A DNA stretch of 32,000 nt from positions 60,001-92,000 of the forward strand of contig JAWBCC010000001.1 of the NCBI GenBank assembly GCA_038823825.1, written 5' to 3'. Below the pieces are notes generated by a model, which was given only the letters and a program-made list of their open reading frames with translations, was not told the origin of the DNA and did not search any database. The position numbers and the translations under genes were made by a program. Shown here in pieces: positions 1-9,052 of this stretch (position 1 is its first letter; every line of letters begins with the position of its first letter). This stretch comes from Candidatus Hadarchaeales archaeon. GTDB lineage: Archaea; Hadarchaeota; Hadarchaeia; Hadarchaeales; Hadarchaeaceae.

Positions 1-435
1 TCCAAGCCCCAGCCTAGCATAAATGTTCAGCACGAGCCTTTGTCCTGGCTGAAGCTCTACTATTGGAATCTCATTCGAGACCGGCACGACTTCTTTATCA
101 GACGATTGTATGTCTCCGCTTTTCACGATCGCTGGTCCTTCCACATCCAGAGACATCTCAACAGTGCATTTTGGACACCCTTTTCCACCACATTTGCATT
201 CATCCGGGAGAACGTATCCTTTTGCCGGAGTCCTCAGCGGGATCATCGCAAGTCTGTGAGCGATTATCTCGTCGTAAAGAGGAGACTCATTTTCAATTAC
301 TTCGATTTCATCAACCGCCATCGTTGGAACTTCTCCGATAGCGGCTCTCCTAAGAGAGTTGGCGAAAGCCGGATCACTCCCATTCAGGATGAACTCAAGC
401 TTTAAACCATCCTTTTTGACGATTTCGATTTCCAT
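1..435 (-). CDS. rpoD: DNA-directed RNA polymerase subunit D (archaeal Rpo3/RpoD), C-terminus cut by window edge
   Basis: Reverse-strand translation from the ATG at 435: MEIEIVKKDGLKLEFILNGSDPAFANSLRRAAIGEVPTMAVDEIEVIENESPLYDEIIAHRLAMIPLRTPAKGYVLPDECKCGGKGCPKCTVEMSLDVEGP. It is open to the window edge and sits directly downstream of rps11, as in archaeal ribosomal operons. Confidence 0.95.
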   Translation of the reverse strand, partial: MEIEIVKKDGLKLEFILNGSDPAFANSLRRAAIGEVPTMAVDEIEVIENESPLYDEIIAHRLAMIPLRTPAKGYVLPDECKCGGKGCPKCTVEMSLDVEGPAIVKSGDIQSSDKEVVPVSNEIPIVELQPGQRLVLNIYARLGLG

Positions 436-437
436 CC

Positions 438-833
438 TTACACTCTCCTTCCCCTTCTTCCTCCTGGTTTTCTAGTCCCGTCATGCGGTATGGGTGTTAC
501 ATCCTCTATCCTCCCGATTTTTAAACCTGCTCTAGCGAGTGCTCTTATCGCCGCCTGAGCACCCGGTCCTGGAATTTTCGGTCCGTGTCCTCCAGGAGCC
601 CTGACTTTTATGTGTACGCCAGCTATTCCCTTATCCATCGCCTCTTGCGCAGCCTTCATGGCAGCCTGAATTGCAGCGTAGGGAGAAGCCTCTTCCCTGT
701 CCGCTTTGACCATCATCCCTCCAGAAGCCTTCGCAATCGTCTCCGCACCGGTTAAGTCAGTTATGTGAATGATCGTGTTGTTGAAAGACGAATAGATGTG
801 CGCCACTCCCCACTTTTCTCTCTGTTCAGGCAT
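438..833 (-). CDS. rps11: 30S ribosomal protein S11 (uS11)
   Basis: ORF 131 aa with [31 protein letters not shown] and a [14 protein letters not shown]-terminus. Confidence 0.98.
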   Translation of the reverse strand: MPEQREKWGVAHIYSSFNNTIIHITDLTGAETIAKASGGMMVKADREEASPYAAIQAAMKAAQEAMDKGIAGVHIKVRAPGGHGPKIPGPGAQAAIRALARAGLKIGRIEDVTPIPHDGTRKPGGRRGRRV

Positions 834-1339
834 TACTCACCAGCCTCCACCGCGGCGCCTTTTCCAATTTTCTCAAGCGGAAGGGTGACTTCTATTATAT
901 CTTCCTCGGCAACTGGAACCATATAGCTCGGAGATTTCATAGCTCTTCCGCCGATCTTTACATGTCCGTGGACAATCATCTGTCTGGCCTGCTTTGGTGT
1001 TCTTGCCAATCCTTTCTTGTAAACTATCCATTGAAGATATCTCTGGATGATGTCTTCGACTGTCAAACCAAGGACATCGTCAAGTGTTGCGTTTTCCCCA
1101 ACCAGCCCAAACTTCTGCAACCTTCTTATGAGTGCTGCCTTCTCCTTCTCAGCCTGCGGGTCGCTCCTCGCCATTAGCTCCCTAGCCTGTGCTCTAAATT
1201 TCCTAAGAACTGTTTGCGCCCTCCAGATCTCTCTCTTTCTTCTCAAACCGTATGTTCGCAAGAGCTTGTCTTCTGCATCCATCCTTGCCTTGTCCCAAGG
1301 ATGCCTTGGTGTTTCATATTTCTTCTTAATCCTCCTCAT
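833..1339 (-). CDS. rps4: 30S ribosomal protein S4 (uS4)
   Basis: ORF 168 aa, [38 protein letters not shown] and an S4 domain ([14 protein letters not shown]); overlaps rps13. Confidence 0.98.
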   Translation of the reverse strand: MRRIKKKYETPRHPWDKARMDAEDKLLRTYGLRRKREIWRAQTVLRKFRAQARELMARSDPQAEKEKAALIRRLQKFGLVGENATLDDVLGLTVEDIIQRYLQWIVYKKGLARTPKQARQMIVHGHVKIGGRAMKSPSYMVPVAEEDIIEVTLPLEKIGKGAAVEAGE

Positions 1340-1824
1340 TTCTTCTTCTCCTCCTTCTCTTCAGCCTTCGGTTGAGCTCCTTTCTTTCTAACAACTCCAA
1401 CCGTCATTCCTCTTCTACCAGTGGTTCTGGTTCTCTGCCCTCTGACAGGCAACCCGAGCTCGTGTCTGATGCCCCTTCTGCTTCTTATTCTTTTCTCTCT
1501 GTCGATGTCCATCTTCACATAGAAATCGATTTCCGGTCCGACGAGATGCATATCCTTCCCGGTCTCATAATCCTTTCTCCTGTTGAGCATCCATGCGGGA
1601 ATACCATGAGCCAATGGATCCTTTAGAACATCTTCTATTTTCTTCACCTCCTCTTCCGTAAGTGTTCCGATTTTCCTGAATGGGTCGATGTTTGCAGCAT
1701 ATGCCACCGCTCTCGCTAAACTAAAACTCACTCCCTTTATCCCGAGCAAGGCATGGTGAACTGCCTTTTTTCCGTCTAAGTCATGCCCCGCGATTCTGAC
1801 TATGTGCTTTATCTCTTCTGCCAT
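1336..1824 (-). CDS. rps13: 30S ribosomal protein S13 (uS13), with a charged EEKEEKKK tail
   Basis: ORF 162 aa, [33 protein letters not shown] and [26 protein letters not shown]. Confidence 0.98.
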   Translation of the reverse strand: MAEEIKHIVRIAGHDLDGKKAVHHALLGIKGVSFSLARAVAYAANIDPFRKIGTLTEEEVKKIEDVLKDPLAHGIPAWMLNRRKDYETGKDMHLVGPEIDFYVKMDIDREKRIRSRRGIRHELGLPVRGQRTRTTGRRGMTVGVVRKKGAQPKAEEKEEKKK

Positions 1825-1903
1825 CTTTATAGACTACTGACGTAAGGGTTTTAATCCTTAGGCTTTTCTCCTTTTGTGTGATTTTTCGGTGAAAAACTTG
1901 AGC

Positions 1904-1987
1904 GCCGGGGGAGGGATTTGAACCCTCGAGGCCCAACGGGCCACGAGCTCTCCAGGCTCGCGCCTTACCTGGCTAGGCTACCCCGGC
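1904..1987 (-). tRNA. tRNA-Ser (anticodon GGA)
   Basis: Reverse strand GCCGGGG ... CGAGC-CTGGAGA-GCTCG (loop with GGA) ... long variable arm TGGCCCGTTGGGCC ... GAGGG-TTCAAAT-CCCTC-CCCCGGC, discriminator G. The 7-bp acceptor stem closes perfectly. Confidence 0.95.
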
Positions 1988-2074
1988 TCCAATTCTAAAA
2001 AATCCTCCACTTTGAATATAGTTATCGAAGGAAAAAGACATGCTTTTATTAGTTGTCTCGGTTATTTGTTATCG

Positions 2075-2689
2075 ATGTACGGCTTTAGCGGAACAGTTGT
2101 AGGAGTTGTGTGCAGAGATGGAATAGCCCTGGCTTCGGATTCTAGAGGAGTAGGCTACTACATGATTCTAAGCAAGCGTGTCAAGAAAATCTTTCAACTG
2201 GAGGAGAAGATCGGTGCAGCGATTTCGGGTAGCACAGGTGATGTTCAGAGTTTTGTCAACTTACTCCGGGCTGAGGCAAGGCTTTATCGCATTCACAACG
2301 AGAGGTCGATGTCTACTAAGGGAATCGCTCAAATGGCGTCAAATATCCTTCACGAGAGAAGGATTTTCCCATACATCCTAGAAGCAATCATTGCCGGGAT
2401 AGACGGTGAGAAACCTGTGCTATACTTTTTAGATCCGGTCGGAGGGAAGCTGGAGGAAAGAGAATTTGCTGCTGGCGGAACCGGAGCATCCGTTGCGTAT
2501 GGGACTCTTGAGAAAGAATTCAAGCCCGGGATTAGTGTGGAAGAAGGGGCGAAACTCGCCGCGTCTGCCATAAAGACTGCGATAGAAAGAGACGCCGCGA
2601 CGGGAGACAGCGTTGTGGTTGCGGTCATCGATGGAAGAGGTTACCGGGAACTCTCAGAGAAAGAAATAGCAGATTTACTTAAACAGTAG
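2075..2689 (+). CDS. psmB: Proteasome beta-type subunit (20S core), possibly atypical or non-catalytic
   Basis: GTVVGVVCRDGIALASDSRG...SKRVKKIFQL..GSTGDVQ...LHERRIFPYI..AGIDG.KPVLYFLDPVGG. Start chosen at ATG 2075 because a TATA-like gcttttatta lies about 30 nt upstream. Confidence 0.9.
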   Translation: MYGFSGTVVGVVCRDGIALASDSRGVGYYMILSKRVKKIFQLEEKIGAAISGSTGDVQSFVNLLRAEARLYRIHNERSMSTKGIAQMASNILHERRIFPYILEAIIAGIDGEKPVLYFLDPVGGKLEEREFAAGGTGASVAYGTLEKEFKPGISVEEGAKLAASAIKTAIERDAATGDSVVVAVIDGRGYRELSEKEIADLLKQ

Positions 2690-2694
2690 ATTTC

Positions 2695-3828
2695 ATGTCG
2701 TCCTCGCTGGTGCTGTCGAATGTTACAATTTTGGAGGGCGATGACCTATCTCCCGTAAATGGATATCTCGTCATAAAGGACGGAAAGATAGAGAAGATTT
2801 CAGAGGGATTCCCTCCAAGCTTCTCAAAAGATCTGAAAAGATCGATTATAATCCCGCCCTTCCTCAATGCTCATACTCATCTTGGAGATTCAAGGTGGAA
2901 AGAACTTTACATCGGGAAGACGCAGAATGAAGTCGTAGGACCGGACGGTCTGAAGCATAAACTCCTGAAAGAGGCAAAGGAAGATGACCTCGTTATGGCG
3001 ATGCGAAACTCCATTCGTTCAATGTTGATATCTGGAACGATAGGCTTCTGTGACTTCAGAGAAGGAGGTTTAGCTGGACTGAGGTTGCTGAAGAGAGCCA
3101 CCATTTCACAAATTCGAAGTTTTATTTTAGCAAGAGGCAACACTTTTGACGAATGCATTGAGGTTCTCAGAGAAGCAGATGGAATGGGGATGCCATCTCT
3201 AGATTTCTTACCTTGGCAGGAGCTTGTCAAGGTTGCGCGTGAAACGAGACGTCTTGCCAAGATTTTTTCTGTTCACGTTTCGGAGACGGCCGAAGCTGAA
3301 AGAAAATCCATCAGGGAAAGAGGAGAGGGAGAACTATCTGTGGCTCTGAAACTTCGTCCGAGCTTCTTGGTTCACGGGACTCACAGCAGTAGGGAAGATC
3401 TGAGAAAGGCGAAAAAGAAGAAAGTCCCGGTAGTCTTCTGTCCTAGAGCAAATAGGCTTCTATCCGTAGGCTCCCCTCCGATTTCCCAAGCCTTGGAAAT
3501 AGATCTCGAGTTCTGGCTTGGCTCAGACAACGTGTGCGTTTGCGAGCCGGTGATGTTTGATGTTCTCAGCTCTGCTTGGGAATGCGTAAGGCTGGATAAC
3601 CCACGAGCAGGTAGTGAAGAGGCGCGTCGTCTACTGATATCCGCCACAGTTTCTCCTTCAAAGTTTTTCCTCAAAGAGGGCGGCATTAAGGAGGGCAAAG
3701 ACGCAACTTTTGTGGTTCTAGCTAGGAGAGAAAATCTGCGGTATGTCGAGGATATTTACGCGGGCATAGTGAACCGAGCCAATGTTAACAATGTTCGCTC
3801 ATTTTTTGTCTGCGGAAAGGAAGTTTAA
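2695..3828 (+). CDS. Amidohydrolase superfamily protein (chlorohydrolase/cytosine-deaminase-like)
   Basis: IIPPFLNAHTHLGDSRWKEL metal-binding HxH, later VHVSETAEAE, LVHGTHSS, FCPRANRLLSVG; 377 aa. Confidence 0.85.
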   Translation: MSSSLVLSNVTILEGDDLSPVNGYLVIKDGKIEKISEGFPPSFSKDLKRSIIIPPFLNAHTHLGDSRWKELYIGKTQNEVVGPDGLKHKLLKEAKEDDLVMAMRNSIRSMLISGTIGFCDFREGGLAGLRLLKRATISQIRSFILARGNTFDECIEVLREADGMGMPSLDFLPWQELVKVARETRRLAKIFSVHVSETAEAERKSIRERGEGELSVALKLRPSFLVHGTHSSREDLRKAKKKKVPVVFCPRANRLLSVGSPPISQALEIDLEFWLGSDNVCVCEPVMFDVLSSAWECVRLDNPRAGSEEARRLLISATVSPSKFFLKEGGIKEGKDATFVVLARRENLRYVEDIYAGIVNRANVNNVRSFFVCGKEV

Positions 3829-3896
3829 TTCCGAGATTAGATTTATTTAGTATAAAAACCAAAAATATTTTGAAAAATTTTGCGGGGAGGAGATCC

Positions 3897-4730
3897 GTGA
3901 AGGTCAAAGATGCGATGACTCGCGAGGTCAAATGGGTAGAAGTGCCGGGAGTCTCTTCAGACGCTCTAGACCTCATGAAAAAACTCGGCACGAATGCGGT
4001 CCCGGTCGTTCGGAAGGACACGGAGGAGTTTGTTGGCATGGTTTCAGCTCAAACAATTCTTGAGAATCCGGATGAGAATCAATTAGCCATGCTTGTCGAC
4101 CGCGATGTTCCAACTATTTCTCCTGACGCAGATCTCGGCGAGGCAGCAAAACTGATGTTTGAGAAAAACGTGCGCAGACTCCCAGTTCTTAAGGAGAAAA
4201 AGCTTGTGGGGATTCTCACCGTAAGAGACATCCTAAGGAGAGTAATAGCGGCCATGAATATAGACAAGCCGGCTGAGGAGTTCATGCGCCCCCATATGAT
4301 TGCGGTTTGGGACGGGACCCCCCTGAAAGTTGCCGTTCACCTTCTCAAGCTTTCGGGCTTTCGTGTGCTCCCCGTGATAGACGATGAGGGTAAACTGGTG
4401 GGTAAGCTGAGCGACACCGACGTCTTAAAAGTGTCCGATGTGGACATTTCCTCGACCGTTGGACAGCTCACGGGCAAAAGTGAAAGTGATAGCTGGGCCT
4501 GGGACACCGAGGCGCGAATCTACATAACAAAAAAAGAACTGAAACTTCCAGATAAACTCGTGAGGGATGTCATGTCGCCAAAGCTCATAACGATTTCTAG
4601 GAGCACACCGGTCGGCGAGGTCTCGAGAATGCTCGCCGAGAGCAGAGATAATGAGGCGTTCGTTCTCGGCAGCTCAGAGGAACTTTTGGGTCTGGTTAGG
4701 GACATCGATCTGCTTAAAGTCCTTTTCTGA
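3897..4730 (+). CDS. Protein with four CBS domains
   Basis: Repeated CBS motifs: VKDAMTREVKWVEV..LVSAQTIL, DVPTISPDADLGEAAKLMFEKNVRRLPVL..VGILTVRDI, MRPHMIAVWDGTPL..VGKLSDTDVL, VRDVMSPKLITISRSTPVGE..LLGLVRDIDLL. GTG start at 3897 preceded by ggggaggag. Confidence 0.9.
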   Translation: MKVKDAMTREVKWVEVPGVSSDALDLMKKLGTNAVPVVRKDTEEFVGMVSAQTILENPDENQLAMLVDRDVPTISPDADLGEAAKLMFEKNVRRLPVLKEKKLVGILTVRDILRRVIAAMNIDKPAEEFMRPHMIAVWDGTPLKVAVHLLKLSGFRVLPVIDDEGKLVGKLSDTDVLKVSDVDISSTVGQLTGKSESDSWAWDTEARIYITKKELKLPDKLVRDVMSPKLITISRSTPVGEVSRMLAESRDNEAFVLGSSEELLGLVRDIDLLKVLF

Positions 4731-4776
4731 TTCCAAAACCGTTTTTATTGATGCGAGCACTTGAGATTTGGAGAAG

Positions 4777-6324
4777 ATGGCAGAAGCAGAAGACTTGATG
4801 GATTTGCTCATCCGTAGAGGATTCCTCTGGCCAGCTTTCGAGATATACGGTGGAGTGGCAGGGTTTTACGACTATGGTCCTCTCGGCTCGATTCTCAAAT
4901 GGAAAATCATAGATCAGTGGAGAAAAATATATGTTTTTGAGGAAGGCGCAATCGAAATTGATAGTCCGACTGTGACTCCAGAGGAGGTTCTGCGTGCGAG
5001 CGGCCATGTCGAACATTTTCTGGACCTGATGGTTGAGTGCAAAAAGTGTGGTAGCGCTTTCAAAGTTACAGATTTTTTGGCGGAGGCAGCGGGAGTCAAC
5101 GTTGAAGGCATGAGTAAAGAGGAGATTTCCCGGATAATACGGGAAAGAAACTTAAAATGTCCGGATTGCGGCGGGGAGTTCGGCGAGGTCTCCGAATTCA
5201 ACACGATGTTTAAGACGGCGATTGGGCCTGGGAGCAGAAGGATAGCATATCTGAGGCCTGAGACTGCACAGGGAATATTCATCAACTTCAGGCGTCTCTT
5301 CAGGATTGCAAGGGGAAGACTCCCACTCCCGGTTGTTCAGATCGGAAGAGGATACAGAAACGAAATTTCTCCTAGGCAGGGTGTGATCAGGTTGCGAGAG
5401 TTTACGATGGCGGAGGCAGAGGTTTTCTTTGATCCGAAGAATCCAAATCATCCTAGGTTTGGAGAAGTAAGGGATGAGAAGCTTAGGCTATGGCCGGCTA
5501 AAAATCAAATGGATGGAAAGGGCGAAATCGAAGTTACGGCGGACGAATCTGTGGAAAAGAAAATCGTTTGTAACGAGTTGATGGCTTACTATCTCGTTCT
5601 TACAAAGAGATTTTTGAAGAAATTGGGGATCCCTGAAAACGCGATACGTTTTAGAGAACAAACCCCTGCCCAGCGAGCTCACTATTCATCGGAAACCTGG
5701 GATGCGGAGGTTTTCACACGCAGATTCGGCTGGGTGGAGGTCGCTGGAATCGCATACAGAACGGATTACGATCTCTCCAGACACATGAAATACAGCGGAG
5801 AAAATCTCACGGCGTTTATAGAAAACCGAAAGGAAAGCGTGATTTGTCATGTTGTGGAACCTTCTTATGGTATAGATAGGCCTCTTTACTGCGCTCTTGA
5901 GCACGCATATGTGACTGACGGCGAGAGGAAATATCTCAGACTTCCGAAAGAGCTGGCTCCAGTCGAAGTGGCTGTTTTCCCCTTACTCAAAAAGGACAGA
6001 CTCGTCGAAAAAGCTAGAGAAATATGGGAAAATCTCCGGAGAAGCGGATTTCTCGCTGAGTACGATGATAGCGGGTCAATAGGCAGGAGATACGCGAGGG
6101 CGGATGAAATAGGTACGCCATACTGTGTAACCGTCGACCATCAAACGCTCGAAGATTTGACTGTCACCATAAGGGACAGAGATTCGACAAAGCAGAGGAG
6201 AATCAAGATTTCAGATCTTTCTCAGGTTTTGCGTGGCCTCATTTCCGGGTCGTTGGACTTTTTCTCTGTAGGGTCAGAGTATAAAGGCCGAGAGGAAGGG
6301 GAGCACGAGGAAAACGAAAATTAA
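4777..6324 (+). CDS. glyS: Glycyl-tRNA synthetase (class II, archaeal/eukaryal type)
   Basis: FLWPAFEIYGGVAGFYDYGPLGSILKWKI, SGHVEHFLDLMVECKKCG, AYLRPETAQGIFINFRRLF, QIGRGYRNEISPRQGVIRLREFTMAE. Confidence 0.97.
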   Translation: MAEAEDLMDLLIRRGFLWPAFEIYGGVAGFYDYGPLGSILKWKIIDQWRKIYVFEEGAIEIDSPTVTPEEVLRASGHVEHFLDLMVECKKCGSAFKVTDFLAEAAGVNVEGMSKEEISRIIRERNLKCPDCGGEFGEVSEFNTMFKTAIGPGSRRIAYLRPETAQGIFINFRRLFRIARGRLPLPVVQIGRGYRNEISPRQGVIRLREFTMAEAEVFFDPKNPNHPRFGEVRDEKLRLWPAKNQMDGKGEIEVTADESVEKKIVCNELMAYYLVLTKRFLKKLGIPENAIRFREQTPAQRAHYSSETWDAEVFTRRFGWVEVAGIAYRTDYDLSRHMKYSGENLTAFIENRKESVICHVVEPSYGIDRPLYCALEHAYVTDGERKYLRLPKELAPVEVAVFPLLKKDRLVEKAREIWENLRRSGFLAEYDDSGSIGRRYARADEIGTPYCVTVDHQTLEDLTVTIRDRDSTKQRRIKISDLSQVLRGLISGSLDFFSVGSEYKGREEGEHEENEN

Positions 6325-7233
6325 TGTGGTATGAAACATCAGAGCTCCATAATATTCTACATCCAGTTTGAAATTTTTGGCTAGGATGAGATTGAAAGTT
6401 CCCGGAGGCATGGCGGAAAGAAGAAGCGCGGCTTTCGGAGTCAGTGCACTTTTGAAATCAAAACCCAGTAAAAGAAGCGTAAGAGATGTGGCGAGAGGCC
6501 CGATTATGAACCTAAACAAACTTACTCTTGATAAATCACGTATGTGGCTACGTGGACCCGTGACGGTGAGCAGATAACCAGTGAAGAGCAGCATCAGGGC
6601 TAGAAAGACTGGTGACAGGTAGAGGTCAAAGAATTCTATGGCATAATCAGAGATATGAATGTTTAAAAACAGAAAGAAAAAAGCCACGATTGTTGCGAAG
6701 ACTGCAGGAAAAGAAAAGACTCTCGCTAGAAGTGGGGGAATTCTGCTACCGCGGCCCGTTAGCATGTTGCAGAGGAGAGTTCCGATGAAGACATGTAGAA
6801 TGGAGACACCCAGCGCGAACGCGATAGCCGGGGCGAGATATTCGCTTCCTAAAACGGCGTAGACCGCGGGCAGACCGAGATAAGCGACATTCATGAACCC
6901 GGAATTCAGCGAGATTGCAAGAATCTTCTCTTTACTTTCTTTCCTCAAGAATGATATCAGGATAGACAGCAGGAGACAAACGGAGGAACAGAACATTCCG
7001 ATTAGAAACGCCGCTAGAAAGCCCGTGATCTCACCTGTTTCAAGCTTCATAATGGAGATAAATGCAATCGACGGGAGTATTGCCCAGACTGCGAATATAT
7101 TCACGGATTCGAAGAAATGCTCCACTGGTTTTTCAATTTTCTTCCCTTTCGCAAGCATCCTAGTGAAGAGTCCTAAAAACACAAAGACCAAAATGTAGAA
7201 GATTTCGATTACCGGTTGCAATGGTTTGATCAT
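6274..7233 (-). CDS. AEC (auxin efflux carrier) family permease-like membrane protein
   Basis: 319 aa, about 9-10 hydrophobic segments; MNVAYLGLPAVYAVLGSEYLAPAIAFALGVSILHVFIGTLL and C-terminal MPPGTFNLILAKNFKLDVEYYGALMFHTTL; 3' end overlaps glyS convergently. Confidence 0.75.
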   Translation of the reverse strand: MIKPLQPVIEIFYILVFVFLGLFTRMLAKGKKIEKPVEHFFESVNIFAVWAILPSIAFISIMKLETGEITGFLAAFLIGMFCSSVCLLLSILISFLRKESKEKILAISLNSGFMNVAYLGLPAVYAVLGSEYLAPAIAFALGVSILHVFIGTLLCNMLTGRGSRIPPLLARVFSFPAVFATIVAFFFLFLNIHISDYAIEFFDLYLSPVFLALMLLFTGYLLTVTGPRSHIRDLSRVSLFRFIIGPLATSLTLLLLGFDFKSALTPKAALLLSAMPPGTFNLILAKNFKLDVEYYGALMFHTTLIFVFLVLPFLSAFIL

Positions 7234-7537
7234 CCGCTCATTCTCGTTTTTGTGTCTTTTCTACTTTTTGCAGGAGCTAATTTCGGCGCGTGAAATGACT
7301 CTATGTAGAGTTAGATGTTTCGCCAACCTCTCACAGGATTTTTCATAACAATCGAGATTTCGTACGTCCATATCTCTCACACTCGACCCAACTCTTTTCT
7401 AGTCTGTTTATCGCTTCTTGGCTTTTCATTTCTGCTACCTTTTGTTCACTAAATGAACGCTCTTCTCACAAATGTTTACTTTATGATATATACAAAAAGA
7501 TAGATAGCTTTAAATATATCCACTAAAAGATACATAA

Positions 7538-8062
7538 ATGGGGGGTATGCGGAAAAAAGCGCTATGGCTGATATTTCAAGAAAAACCGTCAAGATTATTG
7601 CTCTTTTTGAAAGAAACAGGAAAAAAAGTTTATCAAACAGAAATTTCTAAAAAAATTGACGCGACCTTTGCCCATACGTTGAGAATTCTAGAAAATATGG
7701 AAAAAGCTGGGCTAATAAGGTCAGAAAAGGAGGGAAAAGTCAAATATATCTATCTAACGGACGTAGGTTCGGAGGTTGCTGCTCAGATAGAGACCATCAG
7801 ACGGTTGATTGAAATATCCGAGATCGAGCAGAAAATAACTAATATATACGAGTCAACTGTGAGAGGGAAGCTGCCGACAGAGATCGACCGAGAAGCGGTG
7901 AAAAGGGAGTACATCGGACTGAAAAGAAAGCTGGCAACCTTTTTCTCGGATCCAAACCATTTCATAGCTCTGAAGTCGAGAAAAGTAGCCGCCAAGATCG
8001 ATATGATACTCGCGGAGGTCCTAGGCCTTCCACCGGGGACGGAATTTACTCTTCAAGAGTAA
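7538..8062 (+). CDS. Winged-helix transcriptional regulator (MarR/ArsR-like), 174 aa
   Basis: VYQTEISKKIDATFAHTLRILENMEKAGLIRSEKEGKVKYIYLTDVG winged helix; TATA-like gctttaaatatatc about 25 nt upstream. Confidence 0.75.
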   Translation: MGGMRKKALWLIFQEKPSRLLLFLKETGKKVYQTEISKKIDATFAHTLRILENMEKAGLIRSEKEGKVKYIYLTDVGSEVAAQIETIRRLIEISEIEQKITNIYESTVRGKLPTEIDREAVKREYIGLKRKLATFFSDPNHFIALKSRKVAAKIDMILAEVLGLPPGTEFTLQE

Positions 8063-8129
8063 TCTACCGAAAGATGTCCAAGCATAATTTGGCTTTCGGA
8101 TGGCATTTGAGGGGGATGAACTCGGCTAG

Positions 8130-8315
8130 TTACCTTTTAAAAGGTAATTCGCTTGAGGCGCTGAAGGGTGGTGTCCGCGAGATTATTACGCTTGAAAGGT
8201 ATTTTTGATACCTATGAAAGGTATTGAAGACTTGGAATTACTTTTGATGAAGGACAAATTACTTTTTAAGAGTAAAAATGAAGAATGTGGAGTAACCGTT
8301 ACCTTTTATAAGTAA
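8130..8315. promoter_or_regulatory. Cluster of palindromic TTAC(C/T)TTTT..GTAA elements (candidate operators)
   Basis: 8130-8147 TTACCTTTTAAAAGGTAA is a perfect 18-bp palindrome. 8259-8275 TTACTTTTTAAGAGTAA and 8299-8315 TTACCTTTTATAAGTAA are near-palindromes. 8197-8213 AGGTAT-tttttg-type-ATACCT is a related inverted repeat. Confidence 0.5.
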
Positions 8316-8380
8316 TCAGCTAAAAGATAATGTGAAAACGAGAAAAAGGCTAACAAAACCGGCAGAGGGAGGTGGGAGAA

Positions 8381-8722
8381 ATGGAAGAGAGAGGTCCGGA
8401 GAGGCTGCTCATGCTGGCATATGGGAATCATCCGAGAAGTGCTTCGCTAAAGCCAGAGGCGGTCAAACTGCTGAGAGTCTTGCGAGAGGGTCCAAAGACC
8501 ATGGCAGAGCTGGCAGGCGCTTTGGGGATAAACATCGAAACTCCAGGTGGAAAGAAACACTTTTTCACACTCATCAGGCCGCTTAGAGAAACGGGAATGA
8601 TCGCAGCGAGAAGAGCCGGTGGAAAAACGATCTATCAGTTGAGCTTTGACGGTTTCAACCAGTTCTGGAAAGAAGTGAGAAAGGAAGCGGAGTACTGGCT
8701 TCAAGAAAAGTCAGAAGGATAA
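8381..8722 (+). CDS. Small winged-helix DNA-binding protein
   Basis: KPEAVKLLRVLREGPKTMAELAGALGI...FFTLIRPLRETGMIAARRAGGKTIYQLSFDG; ATG 8381 preceded by gggaggtggg. Confidence 0.65.
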   Translation: MEERGPERLLMLAYGNHPRSASLKPEAVKLLRVLREGPKTMAELAGALGINIETPGGKKHFFTLIRPLRETGMIAARRAGGKTIYQLSFDGFNQFWKEVRKEAEYWLQEKSEG

Positions 8723-8764
8723 GTGAAAATCTTTAAATTCTGCGGTAGATTGTGGAGGGAGAAA

Positions 8765-9052
8765 ATGACGAGAAAGACGGGTAAAGCTTTACAGCGGGCG
8801 AGACTTCAGATGCGTGCAGCCAAGTTAGCTAGAATCAAGAGAGAACTAGCCGAGCACGGAGTAAGTTTGCGGCCATCCAAACCACCCAAGAAGGCCTTGA
8901 AAGAAAAAGAGGAGGAAATAAAGAAACTTTACCAAGAACTTTTCCCGACAGAAGCCGAATCCATCGAAGAGGAAATAGAGGAAGTCATAGAGCCTAAGCC
9001 AAAGAAAAAGGAGAAACCAGCAGAGGAGACGGGAGGGCAACAGCAATCTTGA
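8765..9052 (+). CDS. Small highly charged hypothetical protein (basic N-half, acidic then Lys/Pro-rich C-half)
   Basis: ATG 8765 preceded by ggaggga; MTRKTGKALQRARLQMRAAKLARIKRELAEHG..; TATA-like ctttaaatt about 30 nt upstream; stop overlaps next start in TTGA. Confidence 0.55.
   Translation: MTRKTGKALQRARLQMRAAKLARIKRELAEHGVSLRPSKPPKKALKEKEEEIKKLYQELFPTEAESIEEEIEEVIEPKPKKKEKPAEETGGQQQS

Noticed and set aside
150-200. Suspected frameshift in rpoD near the cysteine cluster
   Set aside because: Careful reverse complementing gives an uninterrupted ECKCGGKGCPKCTVEMS, so the gene is intact within the window.
40-405. Plus-strand ORFs (40-405, 63-341) opposite rpoD
   Set aside because: The antisense frame encodes an unmistakable RNA polymerase subunit D, so these are shadow ORFs.
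8240-8330. TGATGA at about 8245 considered as a C box
   Set aside because: No matching D box CTGA at suitable distance downstream; the surrounding palindromes are better explained as DNA-binding sites.
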